Of a DNA stretch of 20,000 bases, positions 1 through 11,761 are shown piece by piece. This DNA comes from Malacoraja senta (lineage: Eukaryota): positions 113,496 through 133,495 of the forward strand of contig JAXLNO010000324.1 of the NCBI GenBank assembly GCA_038087875.1. The letters are read 5' to 3'. Below the pieces are notes generated by a model. That model was not told where the DNA came from. It did no database searches and saw nothing but the letters and a program-made list of their open reading frames with translations. Position numbers and translations under genes: made by a program. Position 1 is the stretch's first letter. Each line of letters opens with the position of its first letter.

Positions 1-4
1 CGAT

Positions 5-870
5 TCTATTGTCATGGAGTCGTACAGCACGGAATCAGACCTTTCGGCCCAACTCATCCATGCCAACCAAGATGCTGCAGCTAAGCTAGTCTTATTTCCT
101 CCTGCTTGGCCCATATACCTCTAAACATTTCCTATTTATGTACCTGTTCAAATGTCTTTTAATATTGTTATAGTACCTGCCTCAACTACTTTACCTGGCA
201 GCCCATCCCATATAACCACCACTCTGTGTGAAAAAGTTGCCTTTCATGTTCCCATTAACTCTTTCCCCTCTCACCTTGAACCTATGCCCTCTAGTTCCTG
301 ATTCCCTCTACCCTGGGAAAAAGATTCTATACATTCATCGTATCCATTTCCCTCATAATTGCTTACACTTCTGTAAGGTCGGTCACCTGCTCTAATCAAA
401 AAAATAATATACTTGCCTGCCCAATCTCTCTCTGTAGCTCATGCCCTCAAGGCATGGCAACATCCTCATAAATCTTCTCTGTACTCTTGTCAGCTTAAGT
501 GCATCTTTCCTCTAACAGGGTGACAAAAACTAAACACAATACTCCAAGTGCAGCCTTAACAACCTCTTGTATAACTGTAATATACTGTCCCAACTTCTAC
601 ACTCAAGTCCCTGATTGATGAAGGCCAATGTGCTAAAAGCCTTCTTCATCACCCTATCTACACGTGACACCACTGTCAAGGAATTATGTACCTGTACTGC
701 TAAGTCCATGTGCTCTACAACATCCCCCCCCCCCCCCCCCTACCATTCACTTTGAAGATCCTGCCCTGGTTTGACTTCCCAAAATGCAACACTTCAGAAT
801 CATCTGAACTAAACTCCATTTGCCATTCATCAGCCCACTTGCACAGCAGATCAAGATCCCGTTGTAATTC
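5..870 (-). mobile_element. CR1-clade LINE, 3' fragment (degenerate ORF2 RT C-terminus + 3' UTR)
   Basis: Minus strand reads ...DRVMKKAFSTLAFINQGLE*...LYKRLLRLHLEYCV*FLSPC*RKDALKLTRVQRRFMRMLP, matching the CR1 LEYCVQFWSP...VQRRFTRMLP motif with stops. It ends in the typical GGGCCGAAxGGxCTGxTTCCGTGCTGTA tail near base 10-50. Confidence 0.9.
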
Positions 871-871
871 T

Positions 872-985
872 TGGAATGGAATGGAATACTTTATACGTTA
901 TTGTCACATGTGAGTAGGCACAGTGAGATTCTTTGCTTGCATACCCAATGCATACAAACAGCAGCCACCTACAGCGCTGACAAAT
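872..985 (-). mobile_element. LINE 3' tail fragment (Rex1/Babar-like TGTGACAATAA + short repeat tail)
   Basis: Minus strand ...CTCACTGTGCCTACTCACATGTGACAATAA...(TTCCA)n resembles the tail at 2340-2380. Confidence 0.55.
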
Positions 986-1017
986 TTACAAAGCACGCCA
1001 GCTCCTCCTTTTGATCT

Positions 1018-1078
1018 AGAATGCAGCCTGGATTAGAGGATATTTGCTCTTAGGAGAGGTTGGGCAAGCTTGGATGTC
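1018..1078 (+). mobile_element. Short CR1 ORF2 fragment
   Basis: ATGCAGCCTGGATTAGAGGATATTTGCTCTTAGGAGAGGTTGGGCAAGCTTGGA is similar to the MLPGLxxxSYRERLxRLG segment seen at 6494-6679. Confidence 0.6.
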
Positions 1079-1114
1079 ACTCCACGATACATCTAGATAA
1101 CCTGATTAAAAAAC

Positions 1115-1250
1115 CCAATGTCCTGATGCAGGATCTCAACCTGAAATGTCAACTATCCTTTTGTTTCCACAGGGCTGCCTGACCCACTAATTTCATCCAA
1201 CAGCTCATTTTTTATTCCATGTTCCAGCATCTGCAGTCCCATGTGTCTTT
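1115..1250 (+). mobile_element. Old Penelope-derived terminal fragment with decayed hammerhead-like core
   Basis: CTGATGCAGGATCTCAACCTGAAATGTC...GCTGCCTGACCCACT...TTCCAGCATCTGCAGT parallels 19553-19644 and 5735-5805. Confidence 0.6.
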
Positions 1251-1354
1251 AAGATTATTAAAGTTTCACAAGTCTTCATTTATTATTTGTTCATTTTTTG
1301 GGATGTAGGCCAGCATTCTTTGCCCACCCCTAACTATCCTTAACTGTGCCACAA

Positions 1355-1817
1355 ACAGCGCAGAGGAGATTGGCCAGGATGTTGCCTGAATATGGGGCCT
1401 TCATAGGGAGAGGTTTGCCATGATTTCCTGGAGTGAGGGCTGACTTGATTGAGGTATATAAAATTATGAGAAATATAGATAGTATCTAAAGTCATAGAAA
1501 AAGTAGATAGATTCATTTTCCTGTGGTAGCGGTATCAAAAACAGAGGGCATGGGTTTAAGGTGAGAGGAAGACATTTTAACGAGGATCTGAGGAGATTTT
1601 TTTTTTTTAACAGTTTGGTTGATATCCAGAATATGTTGTCAAAGGAAGTGATAGATCCAGCTGCAATCCCTACATTTAAGAGACATTTGGACGGCACTTA
1701 AATAAGCAATGCGTAGATGGACATATACCGAATGGAGGGAAATAGGATTAGTGTTGGTGGGCAACAAGGTTGTCATGGATACGGTTGGCCAAAGGGTCTA
1801 CAACTCTATGACTGTAA
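1355..1817 (+). mobile_element. CR1 LINE 3' fragment
   Basis: Contains GCAGAGGAGATT..CAGGATGTTGCCTG, GACTTGATTGAGGTATATAAAATTATGAG, GGGCATGGGTTTAAGGTGAGAGG, and the tail TTGGCCAAAGGGTCT..CTCTATGACT. Confidence 0.85.
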
Positions 1818-1859
1818 CACATGAGCACGGTTTGTAGACAGATGCAAGAAACGCATTCA

Positions 1860-2382
1860 TTGTGCTCAGTACTGAACAGCTGAGCAACCATGGAAGACCA
1901 AGACCACAAGATATTGCAGAGAATTGTGGACACAGCCCAGATCATCACACAAACCAACCTCCCTTCCATTGACTCCATTTATACCTCACGCTGCCTCGGC
2001 CAACCGAAAGGCCAGCAGAATAATCAAGTATCACAGACTGGCCACTCCCTCTTCTCCCCTCTCCCGTTGGGCAAAAGGTATAAAAGTGTGAAAAATCACG
2101 CCTCCAGATCAGGAACGGTTTCTTCCCAGTTGTTATCAGGCAACTGAACCATTCTACCACAACCAGAAAGCAGTCCTGAAGTACTATCTACCTCATTGGG
2201 GACACTTGGACTGTCTTTGATTGGACTTTACTGGATTTATCTTGCACTAAACATTAATCACATTATTCCCTTGATGATATATCTGCACATTGTGGATGGC
2301 TCGATTGCAATCATGTATTGTGTTTGCATGCAACAAAAGCTTTTCACTGTACCTTGGTACATGTGACAATAAACTAAACTTA
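1860..2382 (+). mobile_element. Rex1/Babar-clade LINE 3' fragment
   Basis: ORF 1890-2147 DHKILQRIVDTAQIITQTNLPSIDSIYTSRC...HSLFSPLPLGKRYKS resembles the Rex1/Babar post-RT C-terminus (LQRVV.TAQ.I....LP....Y..RC...H.LF..LPSG.RYRS). It is frameshifted and ends in GTGACAATAAACTAAACT. Confidence 0.85.
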
Positions 2383-2484
2383 ATCAAGTCATCAGTTGTC
2401 AAGAGCAACCTCTCCCATTGCTGATTCAATCAGAAATGGAAATGAAGCCTCTTGTTCTCTTCTGTAGCCCTACACACGTAGAGT

Positions 2485-2672
2485 TGTTCATTTTCAAGAG
2501 AGAGTTAGATTTAACTCTTAGGGCTAAAGGAATCAAGGGATATGGGGAAAAAGTGGGGGAGGGGGGAGGGGGGTACTGATTTTAGATGATCCATGATCAT
2601 ATTGAATGGCAGTGCTGGTTTGAAGGGCTGAATGACCTACTCCTGCACCTATTTTCTATGTTTCTATGTTTC
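2485..2672 (+). mobile_element. CR1 LINE 3' UTR fragment
   Basis: GGAATCAAGGGATATGGGG...CATGATCATATTGAATGGC..TGCTGG..TGAAGGGCTGAATGACCTACTCCTGCACCTA + (TTCTATGT)n tail. Same subfamily as 8116-8502. Confidence 0.85.
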
Positions 2673-3278
2673 TGGCTGTAACACTTCACTTTACAATTTC
2701 TTGAATAAGACTGACATAAATAGCTCTTTTTTAAATGGAACGCATGTAATTGCTAATTTTAATTAAAAGTAATTTTAATATCCTTTAGATTTTTTTTAGC
2801 ATTTTCTGTTTAGTTTTCTTTTCCTCAAGAAATGTTCCTTTCATGTACTTGCATTGGCCCAGATGAGTGGTTGGTATAACAGCCTTCTAGTTTGCCACAT
2901 TCATGATATTTACTGTCTTGTTTATGTAGTTCAGGCATGCACTGAAGTGTGTTTATCCAGGGGAACTGTTGTGACTTCATCTATCAAATTGTGTAATCAT
3001 CACATTAAACTCTCAACAAATTCCTCCAAGATACGCTCATTGAAAAGCTTGCAGAAGGTTTTCCTCTCCAGCATTGTGTTGGATGCCACTGAGCGGAAAG
3101 CTCATGCACATTGGGAAGCTGTAGCTTTTATGCCAGACTTTTAATACTCTAAAACAGGAGTCCCCTCGCATTAAACAGTTGCAGGTCTCCAGATGGTTTG
3201 GCAGAAGGAAACAGTGAGCTACATACTCTATACCTTAAAGATTCTAGGTTCATTACCCAATCTGTTCTGAGTTTAGAG

Positions 3279-3625
3279 TGGCATAATGGTCCAGCAGGTG
3301 GAGTTGCTGCCTCACAGCTCCAGTGACTTGCGTGTAATCCTGACCTCGGCTGCTGTCTGCGTGGAGTTTGCACGTTCTGCATGTGACTTCCTGGGTTTCC
3401 CCCAAGTACTCTAGTTTCTTCCCATAATCCAAAGTCATTCAGGTTGATAGGCTAATTGGCCAGTGTAACTTTCCCCAAGTGTGCAAATGTGCGGTGAAAT
3501 TTGGTAGAAAAAACAGCGAGAAATGTGGGAAGAATAAAATGGGATTAGGGTGCAGCGATGCTTGATGGTTCATGCAAACATGGAGGGCCAAAGGGATTGA
3601 TTTATTGCTGGACAACACCATGATA
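3279..3625 (+). mobile_element. tRNA-derived V-SINE (HE1-like)
   Basis: tRNA-like head (GTGGCATAATGGTCCAGCAGG..GCTGCCTCACAGCTCCAG), V-domain TGCGTGGAGTTTGCACGTTCT..GGGTTTCC, and a CR1-like tail GGGCCAAAGGG. Confidence 0.85.
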
Positions 3626-3684
3626 CTGAGTTATCTGTCTTTAGCTGGGGCACTGGTACGGATGATCAAATTGGAACAACGGAC

Positions 3685-3960
3685 ACCGCATTTAGTGCTG
3701 CTAACTTCAGCATCCACGGTTCAATCTTAACCTCGCCTCCTGTGTGTGTGAAGTCTGCCTGCTTTCTCTGTGATCACATGGGTTTCTCCTGGGTGTTACA
3801 GTTTCCTACCGCATATAAATGACTGTAAATCAAGATTTATATCTTGATGAAGGACATTTGTGAGACAAACCAAATTGCAGGAATAGCAAGAGGGTAAATG
3901 GGATTGATAGGATTTCTAAACTAGGAGCCAGCATGAACTAAATGGTCTCCGTTGTAATTA
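3685..3960 (+). mobile_element. Older V-SINE copy
   Basis: GGTTCAATC box B-like motif and V-domain TGTGTGAAGTCTGC..TGGGTTTCTCCTGGGTGTTACAGTTTCCT. Confidence 0.65.
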
Positions 3961-4112
3961 TAAGTATGAGGCTTGTTAAGAAAATGTAATTAATGCTGTT
4001 GGTTAGAAAGAAGAATCCTTGGTCAAATCATTAACCATTAATCGCTCTGTGCATTAACATTCACTTGTCTCGGTTCACAATGAAAAAGGTCACTTTCTCA
4101 TGTAGGTAACTG

Positions 4113-4406
4113 TTTAGTTTAGTTTTTTTTAGTTTAGAGCTATAGTGTGGAAACAGGCCCTTCGCCCCACCGAGTCCATGCTGACCAGCGATCCCCATAC
4201 TCTAGCATTATCCAACACAGTATGGACAATTTACAATCTTTACCAAAGCCAATTAACCTACAAACCAGTACATTTTTGAAGTGTGGGAGGAAACTGGAGC
4301 ACCGGAGAAAACCTATGCTGGTACAGACAGCAACCATAGTCAGGATCGAACCCAGGTCTCTGGCGCTGTAAGGCAGCAACTCTACCGCTGCACCACCGTG
4401 CTGCCC
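4113..4406 (-). mobile_element. tRNA-derived V-SINE, near full length
   Basis: Minus strand GGCAGCACGGTGGTGCAGCGGTAGAG (box A) ... GGGTTCGATCC (box B) ... CTCCAGTTTCCTCCCACAC ... GGGCCTGTTTCC ... (CTAAA)n tail. Confidence 0.9.
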
Positions 4407-4823
4407 TGTGTTGAGGGAAAGGTGAGGAAAGAATATATATGCCGCTTTCTTTCTGTGCTGCAACAAGACATTTGGTATACCTCTATTAATCAACATGGGC
4501 TCAAAGCAATTAATACTAGTGAATCAGAGCTTTAGTAGTTTACTGAAACGATTCAGATATATCTTGGAGTGTTTGAAACAGAGCTACCTAACTGGCATTT
4601 TAATATGGCCATCGGCCTCAAGAAAAGAATACTTGCAGTTCATTCTTTAATACGGGGAATGTGCTACCTAATTTGTGCACAGCAATGTTCCACAAAAGTA
4701 AAATATCAACAAATAATTATCCGTTTGAGTGACTTGTCAACTGACTCAAGACATTGTGGCCAACTCCACTGGTCCTCTGAAAGAGCGCCATTGGACGACT
4801 TTGTCCAGCTGCAAAGGCAAGTA

Positions 4824-5138
4824 GGCAACACCGTGGTGCAGCGGTAGAGTTGCTATCTTACAGCGATTGCAGCACCGGAGATCCAGGTTCGATCCCGAAT
4901 ACAGGCGTCGTCTCTACGGAGTTTCTACATTCTTCCTGTGACCTGCGTGGATTTTCTCTGAGATCTTTGGTTTTCTCCCACACTCCAAAGAAGTACAGGT
5001 ATGTAGGTAAATGGGCTTGGTAAATGTAAAAATTGTCCCTAGTATGTGTAGAATAGTGTTAATATGCAGGGATCGCTGGTCAGAGCAGACCCGGTGGGCC
5101 GAAGGGCCTGTTTCTACGCTGTATCTCTAAACTAAACT
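4824..5138 (+). mobile_element. tRNA-derived V-SINE, near full length
   Basis: GGCAACACCGTGGTGCAGCGGTAGAG, AGGTTCGATCC, V-domain, and GGTGGGCCGAAGGGCCTGTTTCT..CTAAACTAAACT tail. Confidence 0.9.
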
Positions 5139-5251
5139 GTCTCAGTTTAACACCTCATTTCGAAGGAAGTTCCTCCAAAAAGCCACGTTCCCACTAATAC
5201 TGTGATGTGCTTGAGATGAGACTTGATCCCACAATCTGTAGTACAAACGCA

Positions 5252-5372
5252 GAGTTAGCATTGATCTAGTGTTAACCTTGAGCTAGTGTTAACCTTGAGC
5301 TACTGTTAAACTTAAGCTAGTGTTAGCATTGTTAGCATTGAGCAAGTGTTAGCATTGAGCTAGTGTTGAAGC
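5252..5372. repeat. 17-bp minisatellite (AGCTAGTGTTAACCTTG / AGCTAGTGTTAGCATTG), ~6-7 imperfect units
   Basis: Directly visible tandem units. Confidence 0.85.
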
Positions 5373-5734
5373 TATGAACAGCATACACCATTGAAAAAGA
5401 GTGAAATACCTGCAGGATGTTGTCCTGTCTCACAATGCTTTAAACACAATAAGAAAAATGATGACATCACTGCTATTTTGACCATGGTCCTCTTCCTCAT
5501 CAGCTTTTCAATAATGACCATATAATCTGTTCCAATTATGTTGGTTTGTAAATATAAATTGGCTAGGGCTTCAGAAATAAATTCCGTTCTCTTCATAAGA
5601 GTGCCACGGGATATTTTATATCTTTCTCAGAGAGCATGCAGGATTTTAGTTGCCAGGGACAGTCAGGATTTATCTGTAAATTCACCAATTTCAAGTAACC
5701 TCCTTTCGCTCTTGGTATCACACTTGTAACATAA

Positions 5735-5805
5735 TCCCGCTGAGTTACTCCAGCATTTTGTGTCTATATTCGGTGTAAACCAGCATCTGCAATTCCTTTC
5801 TACAA
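5735..5805 (+). mobile_element. Penelope-derived terminal fragment
   Basis: CCCGCTGAGTTACTCCAGCATTTTGTGTCTA matches 17267-17297 and 19613-19642. Confidence 0.7.
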
Positions 5806-6213
5806 ATAATCTCTGTGTTTCTTTCCATTCTGGTGCTAGCTTACATACTGAGTAGTCTCAGTATTCTCTTTTATTTTAGTTATGCAGCAAATCTACACTT
5901 TTGTATCTTGCTGTTCTAACAATATTATTTTTTCTCTTTCCTCTGTTTTCATTCAACTCCCTCTATCCACATCTCCTCCAGACAGATCAATTGATATGAA
6001 CTTGTCATTTCCACCCTCTCTCACCCAGCACCGCCATCAATTGTATTGTTCAGCTTCTCTGGTCTCTTGCCTGGTCTCCAGCCTTCCCTGGTCCCATCCC
6101 ACCCTATTCTCTACTTGATTGCTAATTTTTTCTTGTTTAGTTATCAGTCAGAAAAATTAACTCCCTTTCTCTATCCACAAATGCTGCTTGATGTTCTGAA
6201 AAGTTATACAATT

Positions 6214-6680
6214 GTCATAGAATCATAGAGTCATACAGCATGGAAACAGGCCCTTCGGCCCAACTTGCCCACACCGACCAACATGCCTCATGTGCACTAG
6301 TCTCACCTGCCAGCGTTTGGCCCATATCCCTCTAAACCTATCCTACCCATGTATCTGTCTAAATGTTTCTTAAATGTTGCAATAGTACCTGCATCCTCTG
6401 GCAGCTCATTCCATATACCCACCACCCTTTGTATAAAAAAAGTTACCCCTCAGGTACCCATTCTCCCCCCCTACCACCACCTTAAATCCATGTTCACTGG
6501 TTCTTGATTCCCCTACTCAGGGCATTTACCCGATCTATTCCTCTGATGATTTTGTACGCCTCTATAAGATCACCCCTCATCTTCTTGTGTTCCAAGGAAT
6601 AAAGTCCTAGCCTGCTCAACCTCTCCCTATAGCTCAGGCCCTTCTCTCCTGGCAACATCCTCGTTAATCTTCTCTGCATC
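6214..6680 (-). mobile_element. CR1 LINE 3' fragment
   Basis: ORF 6494-6679 MQRRLTRMLPGEKGLSYRERLSRLGLYSLEHKKMRGDLIEAYKIIRGIDRV is the canonical CR1 ORF2 C-terminus. It has a (CTATGACT)n-like tail and is homologous to 5-870. Confidence 0.93.
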
Positions 6681-7448
6681 CTTGAAACTTGACTACAGAC
6701 TCAATCTAAAGTTTTATTTGTATGTTTGTAAATTGGACCCAGTCCTTTGGCTCTAAACAGAAGTGTTACCAACTAAGCTGCAATAAACACAGTCAATTTT
6801 AAATCTCCATTTCTGTGAAATACAATATTTATTATTCATTAGAAGCATATTGGCATAATATTATTGCGCACAATATACTTCTAAGCTGTGATATCTGATT
6901 GGAAACATGTTGGCATATTCGTAATCAGCCATTAATATGATGGCTTGCTGATATTCATGTGCACCTTTGGCCAAGTTGTGGGAGACCTACACGGTGTCTA
7001 TGGAGAACCATTTAAAATGGACTGGTGCCATTAGGACAGGAAGGGTAAGTGGAGAAAACTAGAGCAGAGAAATAAATGTGTAGTAAAGGAAGCCAAACTG
7101 GTAAATGGAACCATCAGACAATGCTGAGAAGAAAGCAAACAATATTTATTTTTCAGAATAAAAACATAGATTGCTCTCTCAGGCCTAGGAATCAAATCAC
7201 TTCAATTTTAGTGAGTCTAATTACATCTCGGTGATTTATTTGAACAGACAATACTACTTTGTATTCCTATTTTAATATACTCAACCCTATGGAGCATTTC
7301 TCATAGTGTTTGTTATTTGCTTTACAATCTGGGAAATATTGCTGCATACATTGCATGGGATCTCCACGAGAACTCCCCCTTCCTTCTACAATTGTTGCAG
7401 GCAAGCATCTGGCACTCAGTAACTGCAATGCCATCTAGCTGCTGACCA

Positions 7449-7560
7449 AGTTCAGGGTCAAGTTCAAGTTTATAGTCAAATGCATGGGTAAGTCAATGCA
7501 AGGATGCAATGAAAAATCTTCCTTGCAAATCATCTCTGGGACAGAGTCTCAGACCAACAC
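7449..7560 (-). mobile_element. Degraded LINE 3' tail
   Basis: AAGTTCAAGTTTATAGTCAAATGCA...GCAATGAAAAATCTTCCTTGC has the same layout as the other Rex/Babar-like tails. Confidence 0.4.
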
Positions 7561-7744
7561 ACAAATTATACATGAATTACACGTAAAATTGTAAAAGTAA
7601 AAAAACTGTGCAAAAAGAAAAACATTAGTGAAAAAACATAATTAGAAAAGATAAAAAAAAGTCTACAGTTGCACAAGACGTGTGCCGTGGTGTTCTATTT
7701 TCAAAGTAGGGTCAGAGTTGCGGGAGGAAACCGGAGTACTTCTG

Positions 7745-8115
7745 TTTAGTTTATTGTCATGTGTGCCGAGGTACAGTGAAAGGCTTTTGTTGCTAACCAG
7801 TCAGCAGAAAGACAATACATGATTACAATCGATCCATTTACAGTGTATAGGTACATGATAAGGGTTGTGTGGATTAGTTTGAATTCCATATATTTGCTGG
7901 AAAGCAGCTGTCCCTGGTGGTGTGGGACTTCAGGCTTCTGCACCTACTGCCTGATTGTAGCAGTGAGAAAAAGCCATGGCCCAGATTGTGCAATCCTTGA
8001 TGATAGATGCTGCTTTCTTGAGCCAGCCCCTGATGTAGATGTTTTAAATAGAGGGGAGAGCTGAGCTGCTAATGGACTGGGCTGAGTCCACCACTCTCTG
8101 CAGCATTTTATGTTC
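7745..8115 (-). mobile_element. Rex1/Babar LINE 3' fragment
   Basis: Its reverse complement parallels 1900-2380 (CAGAGAGTGGTGGACTCAGCCCAG..., TTCACTGTACCTCGGCACACATGACAATAAACTAAAC). Confidence 0.8.
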
Positions 8116-8502
8116 CAATAGACAATAAACAATAGGTGCAGGAGTAGGCCATTTGGCCCTTCGAGCCAGCACCGCCATTCAATGTGATCATGGCTGATCA
8201 TCCACAATCAGTACCCCGTTCCTGCCTTCTCCCCATATCCCTTGACTCCGCTATCTTTAAGAGCTTTATCTAACTCTCTTTTGAAAACATCCAGAGAACC
8301 CGCCTCCACCGCCCTCCACAGAACTCCACAGACTCACAACTCTCTGTGTGAAAATGTATTTCCTCATTTCTGTTCTAAATGGCCCACCCCTTATCCTTAA
8401 ACTGTGGCCTCTGGTTCTGGACTACCCCAACATCGGGAACATGTTTCCTGCCTCTAGCGTGTCCAAACCCTTAATAATCTAATATGTTTCAATAAGATCC
8501 CC
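8116..8502 (-). mobile_element. CR1 LINE 3' fragment (relatively young)
   Basis: Minus-strand GAAGGGCCAAATGGCCTACTCCTGCACCTATTGTTTATTGTCTATTG tail, with upstream GDLIETY..KGLD-like coding remnant. Confidence 0.88.
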
Positions 8503-10750
8503 AGTGTTAATCACAGCCAATTATACAAATTGGCAAGCAATGTTTGATAACATTTCAAATTTTAGAGTGCTTGAAAGAGTTTGGGACATGGATATAATTA
8601 AAGTACAAATTATAATATCAAATCCAACCTTGCTATTTAATAAAAATCTCTTGATTTTGTGAGATATTGAGAAGGAAAATTACAGAACGTTTGTATCAAA
8701 TTAGCACTACTGGGGTAAATTATTGATGTGTGGTAATCATAGTTTAGCACAGCATTAAAAACATGGTGCAAATAAACACAAGGTTGTCAGGGCGTTTATA
8801 TGATGTCTACATCATAAATACCCTGAAATTAATACCAATTCAAATAATTTCACCATGATCGTTCTGGAAAAGCCTGGAAACCAGCACAACCTCTGTCGAA
8901 GCACTAGTTTACTGCTGGAAACATCAAGCTTTCTTCATTGAGCTTCACACAACCCAGGTTTCTGTCAATTTCCCCAAAAAATAAAACCAAATACCATTAG
9001 TTTAAGCTGCTCTTACCATGACAAAATCCATGGCCTTCAACAGAGCTAACTTTGTCAAGGTCAGGTCCGCGAATCATTATTTCCGATTTCAGCGGGGTCC
9101 TTCTTGAAGAGACCCTCGGGATCGGGGATACATGATTGCACTCCAGTCCCATACCTGGTGTGGTCACTGCAGAGGCCATTTGGGAACTACTTACTCTTCC
9201 AGCAGTGTAGCTGACAGGCCTTCCCAAAAGGTTTCACGTGTCAGTCTTTTCGCTGCTGTGATTTTTATGCAATGTTAACATCGGAATTGTTGTCCTTGGA
9301 GCAACAGTGTGAAATGGCCAAATCTGTTTCACTTTAAAAGAATGTGGAGATGGAGATAGTGACAGGAAGAGAAAAGACATCCAGCATGCTGTCTCATTTG
9401 CTCTTATTGGAAGGTTTATTGAAAAGACCTCAAATCAGGTTCAATTACACAATATGAGCCTGGTTGTCTGAAGTCACTAACTTCTCCACACTGATACACA
9501 GATTGATTTGAATCATTCGTTACCCATGCAGACATTTGCTTCAATCTTGGCTTCTTTTGTGTCACCGTTTGATTGTTTATTATAGTTAATAAACTTTACC
9601 GTAGACAATCAGCAGGGATAGATATGCAAAATGCAAGTAATAATTCTCTCAATGCACAAACAAGATATTGTTCAATACTCTGGAAGTATTATGATTTTTA
9701 AAAATTAAATGAAAATCTATATTCTGCCGAGGTGTTCAGTAGCAGGTTTTTACAAAAAAAATGTGCTCACTATTTTACTTGAAAGGCACATTAGATTCTC
9801 ATTATACGAAATTGACGCAGAGCATTGAATCTCAGTTACAAACAGTTGTTTTAGTAACACAGCATGGAAGCATAGTGACACATTGTGATGCTGAATGTTC
9901 GGATGTGGGATAAATGCCCACACATCTCTCTCATGCTACGTTCTCTCAGTGGGAGTTAACAAGAGAATAACAGCACCAAATGGAATGAAAAATTAAGAGT
10001 CAAGTCATCTTGCAGCAAATACCTGCCCAATACTCAGGGCTGGAAAATTATTTTTGCATTCAAGTGGTTTCATCAAAATGAAAGTCTGTGCGGTCTGTGC
10101 CTCAGCTTAATTGCTGAATCTGAGAAGAAGATGGCAGAGGGGAGGCTCCTGTAACCACCAACATATTGAAGCTGAATTATGCAAGGCAGGATCGATCAGG
10201 TCAAGAAAGAGCTACAAGAATGATCGTTCGATGCATGACCCAAGTATCAGCACGTGTTTCTAGCCATGCTTGCTGCTCTGGGACAAAACAGATTTAAACA
10301 AGACAGTCACTCTGATGGCATCAATTGATGAATCTGTGAATGCAGAATTCCAAATTAGTGATGCATTTGACACCACTATAAAAATAACAGCTTGCCATTA
10401 TCTGATCAGTTCCACTGTTGCAGTTCCACAAAGGAATGCTGAAGTTCCTGGAAAAGTACTTTCATCTTTTATTGAAGGTGGTTGAGGTGGGGGCTTTCTG
10501 TTGCGCTAGTATGGGTGTTGTGGGCCGAAGGGACTGATTTCCAGAGGGCGAGTATGGACATTGTGGGGCGAATGGATTCTTGGGCTGGCAGCTCAGTCAC
10601 TGGGCCAGGCAGCTCAGTCACTGAGGCCTGGCAGTATAGTCACTTGGCCCGGGCAGGCTGGCAGCTGAGAAACTGCCAGAAATTCTGCCCAAAACAGGTG
10701 ACAGACTCTGTGAGAGAGAGAAGGGGGAGAGGATGGACTGAATGGATTAT

Positions 10751-10998
10751 TGGGCTGGCAGTTCAATCACTTACGGCTGGTGGGCTGGCAGTTCAGTTAC
10801 TTGCAGCTGGTGGGCTGGCAGTTCACTTAGTCATGACTGGTGGGCTGGCAGTTCAGTCACAGCTGGTGGGCTGGCAGTTCAGTCACTGACAGCTGGTGGG
10901 CTGGCAGTTCAGTTACTGACGGCTGGTGGGCTGGCAGTGCAGTCACTCACGGCTGGTGGGCTGGCAGTTCAGTCACTCACAGCTGATGGGCTGGCAGT
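10751..10998. repeat. 30-bp minisatellite TGGGCTGGCAGTTCAGTCACTSACRGCTGG, ~8 units (one 26-bp unit)
   Basis: Units start at 10751, 10781, 10811, 10841, 10867, 10897, 10927, 10957 and 10987. Shorter related units at 10581-10667. Confidence 0.95.
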
Positions 10999-11009
10999 AT
11001 CCTTAAACA

Positions 11010-11760
11010 AAATCGCAAACCGTACGTGGGTTTTAAATTACATTTTACTCAGATGCAAGCCAAGGAATGGCATTATTGTTAGCTGTTAATTGGACATAAT
11101 CAACCTCAGCATATTGACAATATCCTATTGAAAGGGAGTGCGTGTTTAAGCTGTCAGGACATTTTATTATTTGCCAAAATATACATCTCAATACCATAAT
11201 GATAGAAAACTTACTTTTCCACACACCACTTGTAAGTCTGGTGATTTTTTTTATGATAAATTTAGCTCCAGAAGCATTTTCTTTTTGCATGTAAAAACCC
11301 ACTTCAGAATCATGGGCGATTTTAAAATGTTACAGCCAGATTTATCACTTCTGAAACTTTTTAGATACCAAAGGAACCAAGAAAAAACACAAATAATGCC
11401 TTACTGTTGATGAAATGCAGTGAGCAAACGCGATAATTCCCAATATTTTCAATCTCGATATCTGCACGGCCAGTGTTCGCCGAGCACTTTAGCTGTTGTT
11501 GTCCCTTCAGCTCTCGCTTCTCTTTACCTTCATTTCTCTTCACTTTTGGAATTCTGTAGGATAGATGTCTCTCACGGTTACCCCGACTTCCACAGTTATT
11601 TACAGCGCAAAAATTCACCATTTTGGCAGTTTTTAACAGGTAGGAAAGTAGGCGTTTTGTGTATTAACAACATATACCGGAAGCTGCGATGTCCTCCAGA
11701 TGGAGTGAGCGGTTCCGTTCGTCACCCCTTTCACCCGGAGACCTTACGTGCATCCCCCCT
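11010..11760 (-). mobile_element. Truncated THAP-encoding DNA transposon (ISL2EU/PIF-Harbinger-like), one terminus visible
   Basis: Minus strand AT|AGGGGGATGCACGTAAGG abuts the (TG)n tract, followed by an ETS-like CTTCCGG and the THAP ATG ~140 nt downstream. No matching inverted terminus found. Left boundary and superfamily are inferred. Confidence 0.55.
11405..11621 (-). pseudogene. THAP (C2CH) zinc-finger exon of a DNA transposon, probably degenerate
   Basis: MVNFCAVNNC...YRIPK...RVCSLHF has C5, C10, C66, H69 plus conserved P25 and F70. The conserved Trp position appears as Cys (LKCSAN). Good start context (GCCAAAATGG) and a donor A|GTAAGG at 11404. Confidence 0.85.
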
Positions 11761-11761
11761 A

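Noticed and set aside
4824..4900. tRNA gene
   Set aside because: Boxes A and B belong to a SINE head that continues into the V-domain and LINE tail, with no complete cloverleaf.
6945..7050. VVGDLHG metallophosphatase-like motif and a nearby AGG|GTAAGT donor on plus
   Set aside because: The motif frame hits a stop before the donor, there is no good acceptor and the flanking residues do not match PPP phosphatases. Treated as chance.
8997..9227. 76-aa minus ORF ending at a donor-like site as a coding exon
   Set aside because: In-frame TGA at 9236-9234 lies between it and the best acceptor, and I recognise no homology.
10482..11089. ORFs with repeated AGGLAVQSLT
   Set aside because: Translation of the 30-bp minisatellite, broken by a 26-bp unit.
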